A stretch of DNA of 64,000 nt from a virus, in IMG/VR virus record IMGVR_UViG_3300037264_001145, positions 32,001 to 96,000 of that record; one strand, 5' to 3'. Position 1 is the stretch's first letter, and each line of letters begins with the position of its first letter. Positions 1-10,040 of this stretch are shown in pieces. Under the pieces are notes generated by a model. The model made no database searches, was not told where the DNA came from, and was given only the letters and a program-made list of their open reading frames with translations. Both the position numbers and the translations under genes were made by a program.

Positions 1-1
1 A

Positions 2-868
2 TCTGGAACACTTGCCGCAAGCGCCATAGATAAAATTGCTGACGGGATTTGGGATGAAGTTTTAACTGGTGCAACTCACAATATTTCATCATCAGCCGGT
101 CGTCGCCTTCGAGTTTTGGCAGATAATAATTTAGATGATGGCGTGGCCCAGAGTGGAAATGCGGATTTGATTCAATTAGCCACAACCGCAAGCACTACTC
201 CTGGTTTGTATGTTGGCTGTCAAATAGCTATTGTTGGAGGAACTGGTGCGGGTCAAAGTCGATATATCGTTGGTTATACGGCTGGACGAGTAGCTTATGT
301 ATCCAGGCACTGGATAGTAACCCCCAATGCTACATCGGAATATGCGGTCTACGCGGACAATCAGGTTTTATTTATTCATATGGGATTAGCCCAAGGTGGA
401 GATGCAACTCATATTACTCTGCAATCAACAGCCAGTTCAATAAATAATATATATAAAGGACAAGTGGTTCGTGTTCTTTCTGGCACTGGTGATGATCAAA
501 TGCGTTCGATTATAGCATACGACGGAATATCTAAAATAGCGGAAGTTGGGAGAGCATGGGAAGTTCCTCCGGATAATACAAGTTATTATGGAACCTCGAT
601 GACTGGATCAGACGTTTATGTTGGAGCAATTGATCAGGCTAGTATTCTAGCAATCGTAGATTCTTTATTGAAGAGAGATATGAGCGCTATTTCTGGAGAA
701 GCCGCGAGGTCGTTGTTAAATGCTATCCGTAAACTTATGAACAAATGGTCAATCACTGGTACTGTATTAACAGTAACTAAAGAGGATGATGCAACACCAG
801 CTTTTACACAAAATATTACAAATTCTCCTGGCGCTGATCCGATAGTCGGTTTAGATACGGTGGGATAA
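2..868 (+). CDS. Virion structural protein (fibre/collar-like), 5'-truncated by the window edge
   Basis: The frame is open from base 2 (SGTLAASAIDKIADGIWDEVLTGATHNISSSAGRRLRVLADNN...), so the ORF-track start at 116 is not the true start. It is Gly/Thr/Ala-rich, has an internally repeated GTGxGQxRxIxxY motif, and lies in the structural module. Confidence 0.6.
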   Translation, partial: SGTLAASAIDKIADGIWDEVLTGATHNISSSAGRRLRVLADNNLDDGVAQSGNADLIQLATTASTTPGLYVGCQIAIVGGTGAGQSRYIVGYTAGRVAYVSRHWIVTPNATSEYAVYADNQVLFIHMGLAQGGDATHITLQSTASSINNIYKGQVVRVLSGTGDDQMRSIIAYDGISKIAEVGRAWEVPPDNTSYYGTSMTGSDVYVGAIDQASILAIVDSLLKRDMSAISGEAARSLLNAIRKLMNKWSITGTVLTVTKEDDATPAFTQNITNSPGADPIVGLDTVG

Positions 869-1569
869 TGGCAGTAGGATTTAAAGGATTAATTGATTTC
901 GTTGGCTACTCTGTGGGAGTACTACCCGTATTCCCAATCAATGATAGCCTTGACTTATTTATATATGGCCAATCACTTCCCTTATCTCAAGATATCTCTT
1001 TAATAATCAAAGGATCAAGCCCACCACCAACCATTGCTTGTCCAACCCTTGATCCGTTAGCTCCCATACAAATAGGCGGTGATTTAATTAAAATTTATCA
1101 GGATAGGATTGATTCTTTAATTAATCAACTGGGAAAGAACGTCTTGTTTATATTCGATCCTATTATAGAACCGTGTACAAATTGTGTGTTCGATACTGAA
1201 AAAAATAGGTCTACTGGGGTTTACAAGATAGGCGGTCCAATCCCATTCACAAGAGGATATAAGTGTCCATATTGTAAGGGGCAGGGTTTTCTTGAAAGAG
1301 CGGTAGAGAAATGTGTTAAATGTTTAATTAAATGGAATCCAAAAGAATTCAAAAATTATGGAATTTCCGTACAGAAGAATCATGCGGTTGTTAGATTAAA
1401 AGGATTTTTAACAGACGCTCCATATATGGTAAAAGCTAAAGCTGCTATTGTGGATCACGATATTAAAAAGTCATTTAAGTTGATAGTGAGATTAATACAG
1501 GGACCAATACCAGTTGGCCTTAGAGAAGACCGATACTGTGTTTCTTATTGGGAATTAATAGATTTATAA
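868..1569 (+). CDS. Putative neck/head-completion protein with CxxC...CxxC zinc motif; short paralogue of the C-terminal domain of 4218..7538
   Basis: PCTNC...KCPYCKGQG motif; aligns end to end with the last ~185 aa of 4218..7538; one or two DLFIxG repeats at the N-terminus. The neck role is inferred from position only. Confidence 0.5.
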   Translation: MAVGFKGLIDFVGYSVGVLPVFPINDSLDLFIYGQSLPLSQDISLIIKGSSPPPTIACPTLDPLAPIQIGGDLIKIYQDRIDSLINQLGKNVLFIFDPIIEPCTNCVFDTEKNRSTGVYKIGGPIPFTRGYKCPYCKGQGFLERAVEKCVKCLIKWNPKEFKNYGISVQKNHAVVRLKGFLTDAPYMVKAKAAIVDHDIKKSFKLIVRLIQGPIPVGLREDRYCVSYWELIDL

Positions 1570-1581
1570 GAGGAGAAAAAT

Positions 1582-2034
1582 GTGGTAGACAAGAAAAAGA
1601 AAAGTAAAAAAGAAATAGCCATTAAAGACAATGTTCGCATTATCTTAAGGGGGCCAGATGGAAAAATCAAACATGAAAGTGTCCATAACACTGTAACTAC
1701 TGCTGGAAAAGAGGGGGCCGCAGATCAGATACTTGCGTCACCAACTTTGCCAAAGGTAGGTTGGATGGCCATTGGAACGGGTACGCCCGCCGCAACTTTA
1801 CTAGGCACTGAAATTGATCGCAACGCCTTCACAACTAAAACTCGTTCCGGCGCTATCGTTACAATGGTTGGAGACTGGGCTGCGGGAGACGGGACTGGCA
1901 CTATCACCGAAGCTGGTATTTTTGACGTAGTAACAGCAAACACTGTTAATATGTGGGCGTCTGCGTCTTTCGGAGCTATTACTAAAGCTGCTGGAGACAC
2001 CCTCAAGATTACGTGGACATTGACATTTGCATAA
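1582..2034 (+). CDS. Phage tail-collar/fibre N-terminal-like virion protein
   Basis: Motif pattern VTTAGK...MAIGTG...L.TE..R...GTITEAGIF...TLKITWTLTF is typical of phage fibre-base domains; RBS aggag upstream. Confidence 0.6.
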   Translation: MVDKKKKSKKEIAIKDNVRIILRGPDGKIKHESVHNTVTTAGKEGAADQILASPTLPKVGWMAIGTGTPAATLLGTEIDRNAFTTKTRSGAIVTMVGDWAAGDGTGTITEAGIFDVVTANTVNMWASASFGAITKAAGDTLKITWTLTFA

Positions 2035-2044
2035 GGGGTAGGTT

Positions 2045-2773
2045 GTGGCAGATACCAAGATTAGCGGACTGTCGGCAGTAGGTGCAGTAATAGGAAGCAA
2101 TGAGATTCCTGTTAACGAAGCCGGAACGTCAAAAAAGGCTACTGTAACTCAATTGGCGGCATTTTTGAATGCTTCTCCTACATTTACAGGAGTACCAACA
2201 ACCACTACTCCCATAGATTATGATTCTACAACCCAAGTAGTAGATTGTCGTTTTGTACAAAAAATGGGGCGGGTTCAAGTTATAGCTTTGGCTGGTGATG
2301 CGACAGAAAACGAAACTACAAGTATGGTAGCAATTACTGGATTGACATTGCCAGACCCAGTTCCTCCGGGCAGTTATGCTTTTCAGTATTACTTGCGAGT
2401 GCGTACTGTTGGAGATGCTGCGAACAGCGTAAAGTTTGCGGTAAATCACGACGGAGGAGCAACTCTTTGTTGTTATAATTTATATTGGCCATCTACTGGA
2501 ACAAGTGCGGCAACGGGAACTATGTCACAAGAGCAAAATAATAATACGGGAAGCGTTTGGGCATTTGTCGCAACAAGGGTAATGAATACCACTCTTGGTC
2601 CACAAGTGTCTCTTACTACGGATGCCGCAGACACATTGTTTGTTATCGAGGGAATGATAGTATTAAGCGATAGTGGAAGTCTTATTTTGTATCACGGATC
2701 GGAACTTGCACAAACGAATGGAACCCAAGTAAAAGCTGGTAGTTGTTTGATTTTAACGAGATTGGACGCATAA
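2045..2773 (+). CDS. Fibre/decoration protein, paralogue 1 of 3
   Basis: MADTKISGL N-terminus, PTFTGVPT fibre motif, C-terminal beta-rich domain shared with the next two ORFs (KFAVN, TLGPQ, LYHGSE). Confidence 0.6.
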   Translation: MADTKISGLSAVGAVIGSNEIPVNEAGTSKKATVTQLAAFLNASPTFTGVPTTTTPIDYDSTTQVVDCRFVQKMGRVQVIALAGDATENETTSMVAITGLTLPDPVPPGSYAFQYYLRVRTVGDAANSVKFAVNHDGGATLCCYNLYWPSTGTSAATGTMSQEQNNNTGSVWAFVATRVMNTTLGPQVSLTTDAADTLFVIEGMIVLSDSGSLILYHGSELAQTNGTQVKAGSCLILTRLDA

Positions 2774-2774
2774 A

Positions 2775-3497
2775 ATGGCAGATACCAAGATAAGTGCTTT
2801 AACAGCCGTTGGTTCTGTTGTAGGAGCTAACGAGCTGGGTTTAAGCGAAACTACGGATGTGGCTTCTAAAAAAGCCTCGGTTACTCAATTGCAAACGTTC
2901 CGCAATACAGCGCCAGGATTAACAGGCTTTCCTATTGCTCCAACCGCTGCGGCAGACGTTAGTACCACTCAATTGGCTACTAGCGAATTTGTAAGAACTA
3001 AAGGGCCGGTTAAGTGTTTATCAGTAACATCTATTGTTACAAATACGGGATCAACCCTAGCAAAAGTAACCGCTCTGGACGCTGCTCTTACCATTAACAG
3101 CATTTATGTTTTTGAATATTACATAGCTGTTCAAGTTGATACGGCTCTTACAAGTAGCTTGAAGTTCGCCGTCAACTATACAGGAACCAACGGTGCTTTT
3201 GTATGTAATCTATATTTTCCTAGCGCTGGTATCTTGGCCTCTACTGGAGCAGTAGCCCAAGAACAAAACGCAACAACTGGATTTGTATGGAGCGCTCATT
3301 ACACTAGAGTTAAAAATACAAGTCTTGGTCCACAGACTGGAGTAGATGTTCTTGACGCTAATATTATGTATCGGATTAATGGGGTTATCGTGACAACCGG
3401 AACTGGTGGTAATCTGGAGTTATATCATGCTTCGGAAGAAGCTACAACATCAACTGTAAGAGTTGGGTCGGGACTGATTCTGACAAAGGTAGGATAA
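2775..3497 (+). CDS. Fibre/decoration protein, paralogue 2 of 3
   Basis: MADTKISAL, APTAAADVSTTQLAT, KFAVN, SLGPQ, LYHASE motifs. Confidence 0.6.
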   Translation: MADTKISALTAVGSVVGANELGLSETTDVASKKASVTQLQTFRNTAPGLTGFPIAPTAAADVSTTQLATSEFVRTKGPVKCLSVTSIVTNTGSTLAKVTALDAALTINSIYVFEYYIAVQVDTALTSSLKFAVNYTGTNGAFVCNLYFPSAGILASTGAVAQEQNATTGFVWSAHYTRVKNTSLGPQTGVDVLDANIMYRINGVIVTTGTGGNLELYHASEEATTSTVRVGSGLILTKVG

Positions 3498-3498
3498 C

Positions 3499-4218
3499 AT
3501 GGCAAATACAGAAATAAGTGATTTAACTGGGGTAACAGCGGTTGCCGGTACTAACGCGTTTCCCGTTAACGAGGTTGCGGGACCAACCACGAAAAAGGCT
3601 ACAGTAACTCAATTAACTGAGTTTTTAAATGAGACTCCAACTTTTACAGGTGTTCCTGCCGCTCCAACCGCTGCGGCAGATGTAAGCACTACTCAAATAG
3701 CTACTACCGCTTTTGTACAAACTAATGGACCTGTTAAAGTAAAATCTATAGCCAGCGATGCCACTGCTAATGCAACGACCGGCATGGTGAAAATAACGGG
3801 TATGGATGTGACCGTACCAGCAGGCACATATCAAATAGCATATTATATTATAGCACAAACTTCTGCCGCTACCACCTCTCTTAAATTTGCCGTGAACCAC
3901 ACCGGAGCATCGGAATCGGTTTTCTGTTATAATCTTTTCTTGTCCAATACTGGTGTTACGGCGGTATCTAATGCTATAGATCAAGAAAATAATGTTACAA
4001 CTGGGCTTATGTTTTCATTTGATGCAACTCGTATAAAGAATACTACACTTGGGCCGCAAGCAAATACTACCGACGCAACTGCGGATTTATTTTACATTAT
4101 CCGGGGGTTGATTTTATTAACGAACACCGGCACCTTAGAATTATACCACGGATCAGAGACGGCTGCAAGTACAACTGTTAAGGCTGGAACGTGCGTAATT
4201 ATAACTAAGGTGGGGTAA
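3499..4218 (+). CDS. Fibre/decoration protein, paralogue 3 of 3
   Basis: MANTEISDL, PTFTGVPAAPTAAADVSTTQIATTAFV, KFAVN, TLGPQ, LYHGSE motifs. Confidence 0.6.
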   Translation: MANTEISDLTGVTAVAGTNAFPVNEVAGPTTKKATVTQLTEFLNETPTFTGVPAAPTAAADVSTTQIATTAFVQTNGPVKVKSIASDATANATTGMVKITGMDVTVPAGTYQIAYYIIAQTSAATTSLKFAVNHTGASESVFCYNLFLSNTGVTAVSNAIDQENNVTTGLMFSFDATRIKNTTLGPQANTTDATADLFYIIRGLILLTNTGTLELYHGSETAASTTVKAGTCVIITKVG

Positions 4219-7200
4219 TGGCTGACAGATATCTAATAGAGGGGAGTGCAGCAGACGGGTATCTGCTCGAAGACGGGACCGGAGTTTTACTTCTTGAACA
4301 ACAAGCAGTAGCTCACGAGAAAAGTCTTGGAGATACTATAACCCTGACCGATGCTAAAACCGCACTTGTCAGCATCTCTATTTCTACCGATGCTATTACA
4401 TTATCCGATGCCGAAGTTGCAACCGTAAGCGTCTCTCTTACTGATACAATTACATTATCCGACGCTGAAACCGCAATCGCAAGTGTTTCTCTTTCCGATA
4501 CAATCACATTATCTGATGCTGAAACCGCAACCGTAAGTGTTTCTCTAACCGATACAGTTACTCTCAGTGACGCACAGGAGATCGTATCTACAAAGACAGC
4601 GGACATAGATTTATTCATTAATGGTTACGACACAAAAACAACGGATATAGATTTATTTGTTCGTGGATACGAATTTTTTAATAACGATAATTTAGAATTG
4701 TTCGTACAAGGAAAAGAAACAAAAACCCAGAGCATAGATTTGTTTATCTATGGTTACGCGACTTTTACAATTGACACAGATTTGTTTATTCACGGATACG
4801 AATTTTTTAACAACGACAATTTAGAACTTTTTATACAAGGAAAAGATTCAAAAAATCAAAGTCTAAATCTTTTTATAAAAGGTGCTGATTCAAAGAACAG
4901 CGATATAGATCTTTTCATAGAAGGAAAAGATGCAAAATCCCAAGATTTAGATTTGTTCATTCATGGACACGAACCTTTTAATAACGATAACCTAGAATTA
5001 TTTATTCATGGTTACGAATCTTTTAACAACGATAATCTGGAACTGTTTATCTACGGACAAGAAGCAGAAACCAAGAGCTTGGATTTGTTTATCCAAGGAG
5101 ATGTGTCTTTCACGGCTGCTATAGATTTATTTGTTCGTGGACATGAATCTTTTAGTAACGACACCTTGGAACTCTATATCGGCGGGAAAGAGGCCGAGAC
5201 ACAAGATATAGACCTGTTCATTAACGGTCAGGCATCTTTCAATGATAGTTTAGAATTATTCATACATGGACAAGAAACAGAAACCCAAAGCATAGATTTG
5301 TTTATCTCTGGGATTATTGCTCAAACACCGTTTAATTATGATATTGACTTGTTCATTCGTGGTCATCAAACCAAAACAACAGACATTGATTTAGCGATTT
5401 TTGGAAAGAATACAGACAACCAAAGTCTGGACCTATTTATAGAAGGTTTTGATACTGACAGTAAAGAGTTAGATCTTTTTATACGTGGTTATGAATCTTT
5501 TAACAACAGCAATTTAGAACTCTTCATTGGCGGACAAGATACCAAAACACAAAGCCTAGATTTGTTTATTAATGGTTATGAATCTTTTAATTATGATCTT
5601 GACTTGTTCATTCATGGTAAAGATCCAGAAAACCAAAGTATAGACCTATTCATAAAAGGTTTTAATACCGACAACAGAGGGCTAGATCTTTTTATTAGTA
5701 GTTTTGAAGTTATTAATAACGACAACTTAGAACTCTATATTGGTGGAAAAGATAATAAAACACAAGACATAGATTTGTTCATTGGCGGTAAAGCAGCGGA
5801 ATCTATCTCCTTAGATTTGGCCATTAACGGTCACGTTAGTTTTAATGCTAGTTTACCCTTATTCATGAACGGTCAAGATGCAGAAAATCAAAGCTTAGAC
5901 TTGTTTATCGAAGGACATGATTCTAAAAATCAAAGCTTGGACTTGTTCATCAAGGGACTCGCTGCTAATACCAGTAGCTTAGATCTTTTCATTAATGGGC
6001 GTGACAACAATTCTGGCGATATTGATCTGTATATAGAAGGTAGTATAGCTAGTACACAAGCTATAGACCTTTTTGTAAGCGGTATAGGTTTTGAAAACCA
6101 AGATTTAACACTGTTCATAAGCAGTCTCAATATAACAACAAAATCTCTTAATCTTTTCATAAGTGGTCCGATCTACGCTAGTGGAGATTGCGAATTATTC
6201 ATACATGGACACGCTTCTCAAACACAGAGCATAGATTTGTTTGTTGGTGGTTACGAATCCGTTAACGAGAGTCTAGAGTTATTTATAAAAGGACAAGATT
6301 CTAAAAACAACGAGATAGATCTTTTCATAACAGGAAAAGATACAAAGTCCCAAGATATAGATTTATTTACACACGGAAAGAATTCAGAGACCAAAGATGT
6401 TGATCTATTCATTAATGGTTTCGATAATAAGACTCAAGATCTTGATCTATTTATCCATGGTAAAGATACTCAATCCGATCAAATAGATTTGGCCATCAAT
6501 GGTATAGCTGGACACAATCAATCTGTCGATCTGTTCGTACACGGAAAGAACACAGACAATCAATCTATAGATCTTGTCATTAATGGATACGCTACAGACA
6601 CCAGCGAAATAGATTTGTTCATATTTGGAATGGACTTAAATTCCATCTTTGATTCTATTGACTTGTTTATAAGCGGGCCAATCACTTTCAATAATAGTTG
6701 CGATTTATTCATAAAAGGAAGAGAAGACAACACTAATAATTGTGATCTTGTAATAAATGGACACAAAACAAATACTAACAATATAACCCTATTCATCAAT
6801 GGTTTTAACAACCAAACCGACAACGTTGATTTGTTTATAAGAGGCTTGCTATCAGAAGATAACGACATAGACATCTCCCTTGTGGGTCATGCTTCGCTCA
6901 ACGATAACATAGACCTGTTTATAAGAGGTTTTACAACCGGAGTAACATCGGTTTCTGGTGAACTTACACTGATAATGAAGGGGTCGTTTGTTCCAGTTGG
7001 AGTTTCTTGTCCAACACTAGACCCAAATACTTCTATTCAAATAGGCGACGATTTAATAGAAATTTATCAAGGTAGAATTGACTCTGTTATCAATCAACTT
7101 GGTAAAAATGTATTGTTAGAATTCGATCCAATTATTGAACCATGCACCAACTGTGTGTTTGACACCATGAACGGTAGATCAACGGGAATATATAGGGTTG

Positions 7201-7538
7201 GAGGCCCAATTCCATTTATCAGAGGACACAAATGCCCCTATTGTAAGGGTCGCGGCTTTTTAAAGAGAGGGGTAAATAGGTGTATAAAATGCTTAGTGAA
7301 GTGGAATCCGGGAGATGCACAGGATTACGGAATTAGTCTTTTAGACCCAGGGAGTGTTGTCAAATTAAAGGGGTTCTTGACAGACGGAGACGATATGGTT
7401 ATGTGTAAATCGGCTATTATTAATCACGATATATCCGATATTCTTAAGTTGAGAGTAGTATTAATAAAAGGTCCGATTATTATAGGTCTTAGAGAAAGTA
7501 GATATATGATAACTTTCTGGAAGTTGACGGATTCATAA
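4218..7538 (+). CDS. 1106-aa repeat-stalk virion protein: ~17-aa DTITLSDAE repeats, then ~55 DLFIxG repeats, then a zinc-motif domain paralogous to 868..1569
   Basis: Repeats are directly visible in the translation; the C-terminal CPTLDP...PCTNC...CPYCKGRG domain matches 868..1569. Confidence 0.7.
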   Translation: MADRYLIEGSAADGYLLEDGTGVLLLEQQAVAHEKSLGDTITLTDAKTALVSISISTDAITLSDAEVATVSVSLTDTITLSDAETAIASVSLSDTITLSDAETATVSVSLTDTVTLSDAQEIVSTKTADIDLFINGYDTKTTDIDLFVRGYEFFNNDNLELFVQGKETKTQSIDLFIYGYATFTIDTDLFIHGYEFFNNDNLELFIQGKDSKNQSLNLFIKGADSKNSDIDLFIEGKDAKSQDLDLFIHGHEPFNNDNLELFIHGYESFNNDNLELFIYGQEAETKSLDLFIQGDVSFTAAIDLFVRGHESFSNDTLELYIGGKEAETQDIDLFINGQASFNDSLELFIHGQETETQSIDLFISGIIAQTPFNYDIDLFIRGHQTKTTDIDLAIFGKNTDNQSLDLFIEGFDTDSKELDLFIRGYESFNNSNLELFIGGQDTKTQSLDLFINGYESFNYDLDLFIHGKDPENQSIDLFIKGFNTDNRGLDLFISSFEVINNDNLELYIGGKDNKTQDIDLFIGGKAAESISLDLAINGHVSFNASLPLFMNGQDAENQSLDLFIEGHDSKNQSLDLFIKGLAANTSSLDLFINGRDNNSGDIDLYIEGSIASTQAIDLFVSGIGFENQDLTLFISSLNITTKSLNLFISGPIYASGDCELFIHGHASQTQSIDLFVGGYESVNESLELFIKGQDSKNNEIDLFITGKDTKSQDIDLFTHGKNSETKDVDLFINGFDNKTQDLDLFIHGKDTQSDQIDLAINGIAGHNQSVDLFVHGKNTDNQSIDLVINGYATDTSEIDLFIFGMDLNSIFDSIDLFISGPITFNNSCDLFIKGREDNTNNCDLVINGHKTNTNNITLFINGFNNQTDNVDLFIRGLLSEDNDIDISLVGHASLNDNIDLFIRGFTTGVTSVSGELTLIMKGSFVPVGVSCPTLDPNTSIQIGDDLIEIYQGRIDSVINQLGKNVLLEFDPIIEPCTNCVFDTMNGRSTGIYRVGGPIPFIRGHKCPYCKGRGFLKRGVNRCIKCLVKWNPGDAQDYGISLLDPGSVVKLKGFLTDGDDMVMCKSAIINHDISDILKLRVVLIKGPIIIGLRESRYMITFWKLTDS
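4323..4580 (+). repeat. Five ~51-nt (17-aa) coding tandem repeats, consensus DTITLSDAETATVSVSL
   Basis: Visible in both DNA and protein; boundaries approximate. Confidence 0.8.
4590..6990 (+). repeat. Array of ~14-15-aa DLFIxG coding repeats (about 55 copies, estimated from length/period)
   Basis: Recurring (ID/LD/LE)LF(I/V)xG units; boundaries approximate. Confidence 0.85.
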
Positions 7539-7540
7539 TT

Positions 7541-8227
7541 ATGATAAAACTAACAGTTGTACCATCTGCACAATTCGACAAACAACTGGAAGAGGGTGTT
7601 GTTAAATATGGATCAATCGCCATTAATAATAGAATAGCCTTCACCTTTAAACAAATAGCTTCAGAAGTAGGAAATTTTATAGCAAATACTGTTAGTCAAA
7701 CAGATGTTATGAAAGCATTAAGGGGGCAAGGAGGAGAAGATTTGCCCGCTCATTTTGGTTTGTCTGATGGGGATGCAAACGGGTTGGTTGAGGGAATGTT
7801 AGACATTATACGGAACAGCGTTGAGGTTGCGTTCAACACACAAAACTCGGATGGTAGAGGAACCATAATTATTCGAGCAGTAGAAAGTGATTTTCAAAAA
7901 TTCATGGCGTTGCCAGGAGCCCAATATGTTTCACAACCGTCTAATATAACGATTCCAGTTATGGAATGGATGCTTTTTGATCCTTCTATAGATATTGGTG
8001 CGGCAGCATATCAGATTGTTTTTCAGGGAGACAAGAATTTTCATTCCGAAAATTCTAGAAGCGGAAGAGCTATTATGGTTAGTCTAGAAAAACTTGGTGG
8101 TGGAGGGGGTTATGTTTTACCGAGCATTATAAGTCAAACAGGTGGAGCTAACTTCTTAGAATTTGCAATAGCCCAAAAGGGTGTGGCCCAGAATGTTGCT
8201 CAAATTGTAATTGATAGGATTAAATAA
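7541..8227 (+). CDS. Putative virion morphogenesis (neck/tail completion) protein
   Basis: Position between the head-completion-like and tail-terminator-like genes; no diagnostic motif. Confidence 0.4.
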   Translation: MIKLTVVPSAQFDKQLEEGVVKYGSIAINNRIAFTFKQIASEVGNFIANTVSQTDVMKALRGQGGEDLPAHFGLSDGDANGLVEGMLDIIRNSVEVAFNTQNSDGRGTIIIRAVESDFQKFMALPGAQYVSQPSNITIPVMEWMLFDPSIDIGAAAYQIVFQGDKNFHSENSRSGRAIMVSLEKLGGGGGYVLPSIISQTGGANFLEFAIAQKGVAQNVAQIVIDRIK

Positions 8228-8229
8228 AA

Positions 8230-9060
8230 ATGAAAACAAAAACCAGTAGAAGAAGATGGACAAAAGAACAATGTGATATTTTATTTAAATTTTATCCAAG
8301 TATGGGCTCAGAATATTGTTCAAAATTATTAAATAAAACAAGAATGTCTATTCTACATAAAGCCGTTAAATTAAACTTAAAATCTGATCATACGGAATGG
8401 AAACAGGAGGAAATAAATATTTTGAAAAGATTTTATACAAATAATGGTCCAAAATATTGCTACAAACTAATTAAAAGAAGTCAAAGTGCTATAAGGTCAA
8501 TGGCAATAAAACTAAATTTAAAAACTATGATTGCAAATAGTAATAACTTACCAAAAAAGACTGTAATTAAAAAAATATCAAACAGTCAAGTTGTGTCAAC
8601 ATGTAATATGCATGGTGAAACCACACACGAATATAGAAACAATAAAATATATGGGTGTAAAAAATGTAGAATTATTTCGGAATCTAAACGTCCCATATAT
8701 AATTTTACCAAAAGAATAAGATGTTTAATTAGAAATAGTTTTAAAAGAATTGATAATAAAAATGGTGTTTCTATATCCAGAGGTTGTTTTAGAAACTTAG
8801 ATTATACTCCAACACAATTATATAATTATTTAACTAATATTAAAAAATTACAAGACAATAAATGCCCTATATGTAAAAGTTCTTACGACAAGTGCGAGAT
8901 GAATATAGAGCATGTTATTCCGTTAGAAAAAGCAAAAACAGAGCAACAAGTTATAGATTTATTTGATTTAAAGAATTTAAACTTAATGTGTAAATCATGC
9001 AATTCGTCAAAGAGTAGTAAAAATTATAATATATGGATGGAGAATAGAAAATGTCATTAA
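8230..9060 (+). CDS. HNH homing endonuclease with N-terminal Myb/SANT-like WTxEE repeats
   Basis: C-terminal CPIC...IEHVIPL...NLNLMCKSCNSSK; N-terminal RRWTKEQ..IL..FY and EWKQEE..IL..FY repeats; much more AT-rich than its flanks. Confidence 0.8.
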   Translation: MKTKTSRRRWTKEQCDILFKFYPSMGSEYCSKLLNKTRMSILHKAVKLNLKSDHTEWKQEEINILKRFYTNNGPKYCYKLIKRSQSAIRSMAIKLNLKTMIANSNNLPKKTVIKKISNSQVVSTCNMHGETTHEYRNNKIYGCKKCRIISESKRPIYNFTKRIRCLIRNSFKRIDNKNGVSISRGCFRNLDYTPTQLYNYLTNIKKLQDNKCPICKSSYDKCEMNIEHVIPLEKAKTEQQVIDLFDLKNLNLMCKSCNSSKSSKNYNIWMENRKCH

Positions 9061-9983
9061 TTTTCAAGGGAGTTGAAGAGGGGGGATACGGTGGATATAG
9101 CCTTACAGATCAATTACTCTACAACCTGAAAGGATGGATTGACTGGGCTCTCTTACATCATGGAGCGTATAATATCTACACGCTTAGTCAAGATTCTTAT
9201 TTTGCAAATGATGAATCAGTTTTATATCCCGTACCAGACGGAAGACTGCCCGACCGAACCGTGTACAATGGCGTTGGAAGAGAATGGGTTTGGGAGACTG
9301 ACGCAATAGTACCCAGTGGTGCAGCGGAACCATTTAGAGTATCGGGAGTTTATGTTAATGACAATTTTGTGTCAAGCGGCAGTACGGGAATAAGTAGGTT
9401 TCATACAGATTATAGAAACGGTAGAATTATATTTGATCAATCACAAGGGGTGGACGATGTTATATCGGCAAATTATACCAGCAGGGGCGTTTATGTTGGG
9501 ATGGCGGACAGCGAAGAGTTTAATTTGTTAATGCTTGATTCGGTAGAAGAATTTCTTACAAACGATGTTCCATCTGGAACGCCGTCTAAAGACCATCAAG
9601 TGTGGCTTCCAAGTGTTTTCTTGGAGTTAGATTCTGGAACTGGTAGAGGTTTGGCCTTGGGTGGTGGTCAGATAAAAACAAGAATCATTACTTTACATAT
9701 TTTTGCGGATTCGGCTGGAGATAGAAATTTGCTTATGGACTGGTTAGATTTTCAAAATAGAGCTAATTTCTGGATGGCTGATTTAAATGCAATAACACTT
9801 CCTTTTAATGAATACGGAGATGTTGTTCCAGGAACTACAAATTGGGCAGATTTAACAATTAGTCATCCGTGGAAAAAATTGAGAATAATGGATGGTTCTG
9901 TAAAAAGAATTAATTCATTAAATACCAAGTTGTTTCGTGCTACGGTAAGATATAAAGTAGAAATTGATGTTGGAAGTATTTAA
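9051..9983 (+). CDS. Putative tail terminator/tail completion protein
   Basis: Directly upstream of the tail tube gene; PSVFLE...LGGG...ITLHIFADS..DRN.LMDWL pattern resembles tail-terminator folds. Confidence 0.5.
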   Translation: MSLIFKGVEEGGYGGYSLTDQLLYNLKGWIDWALLHHGAYNIYTLSQDSYFANDESVLYPVPDGRLPDRTVYNGVGREWVWETDAIVPSGAAEPFRVSGVYVNDNFVSSGSTGISRFHTDYRNGRIIFDQSQGVDDVISANYTSRGVYVGMADSEEFNLLMLDSVEEFLTNDVPSGTPSKDHQVWLPSVFLELDSGTGRGLALGGGQIKTRIITLHIFADSAGDRNLLMDWLDFQNRANFWMADLNAITLPFNEYGDVVPGTTNWADLTISHPWKKLRIMDGSVKRINSLNTKLFRATVRYKVEIDVGSI

Positions 9984-9988
9984 AATTT

Positions 9989-9996
9989 GTGTATAA
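9989..9996 (+). promoter_or_regulatory. GTGTATAA motif (putative phage late promoter) upstream of the tail tube gene
   Basis: Exact motif in the intergenic gap; the same 8-mer recurs in other gaps. Confidence 0.55.
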
Positions 9997-10040
9997 AACC
10001 ATAAGATGGGATAGTTTCTTTATAGAAAGGTGATTAAGTT

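Noticed and set aside
7280-7287. GTGTATAA copy inside 4218..7538
   Set aside because: It lies in coding sequence (R-C-I-K) and a few chance copies of an AT-rich 8-mer are expected in 64 kb; not counted as a promoter.
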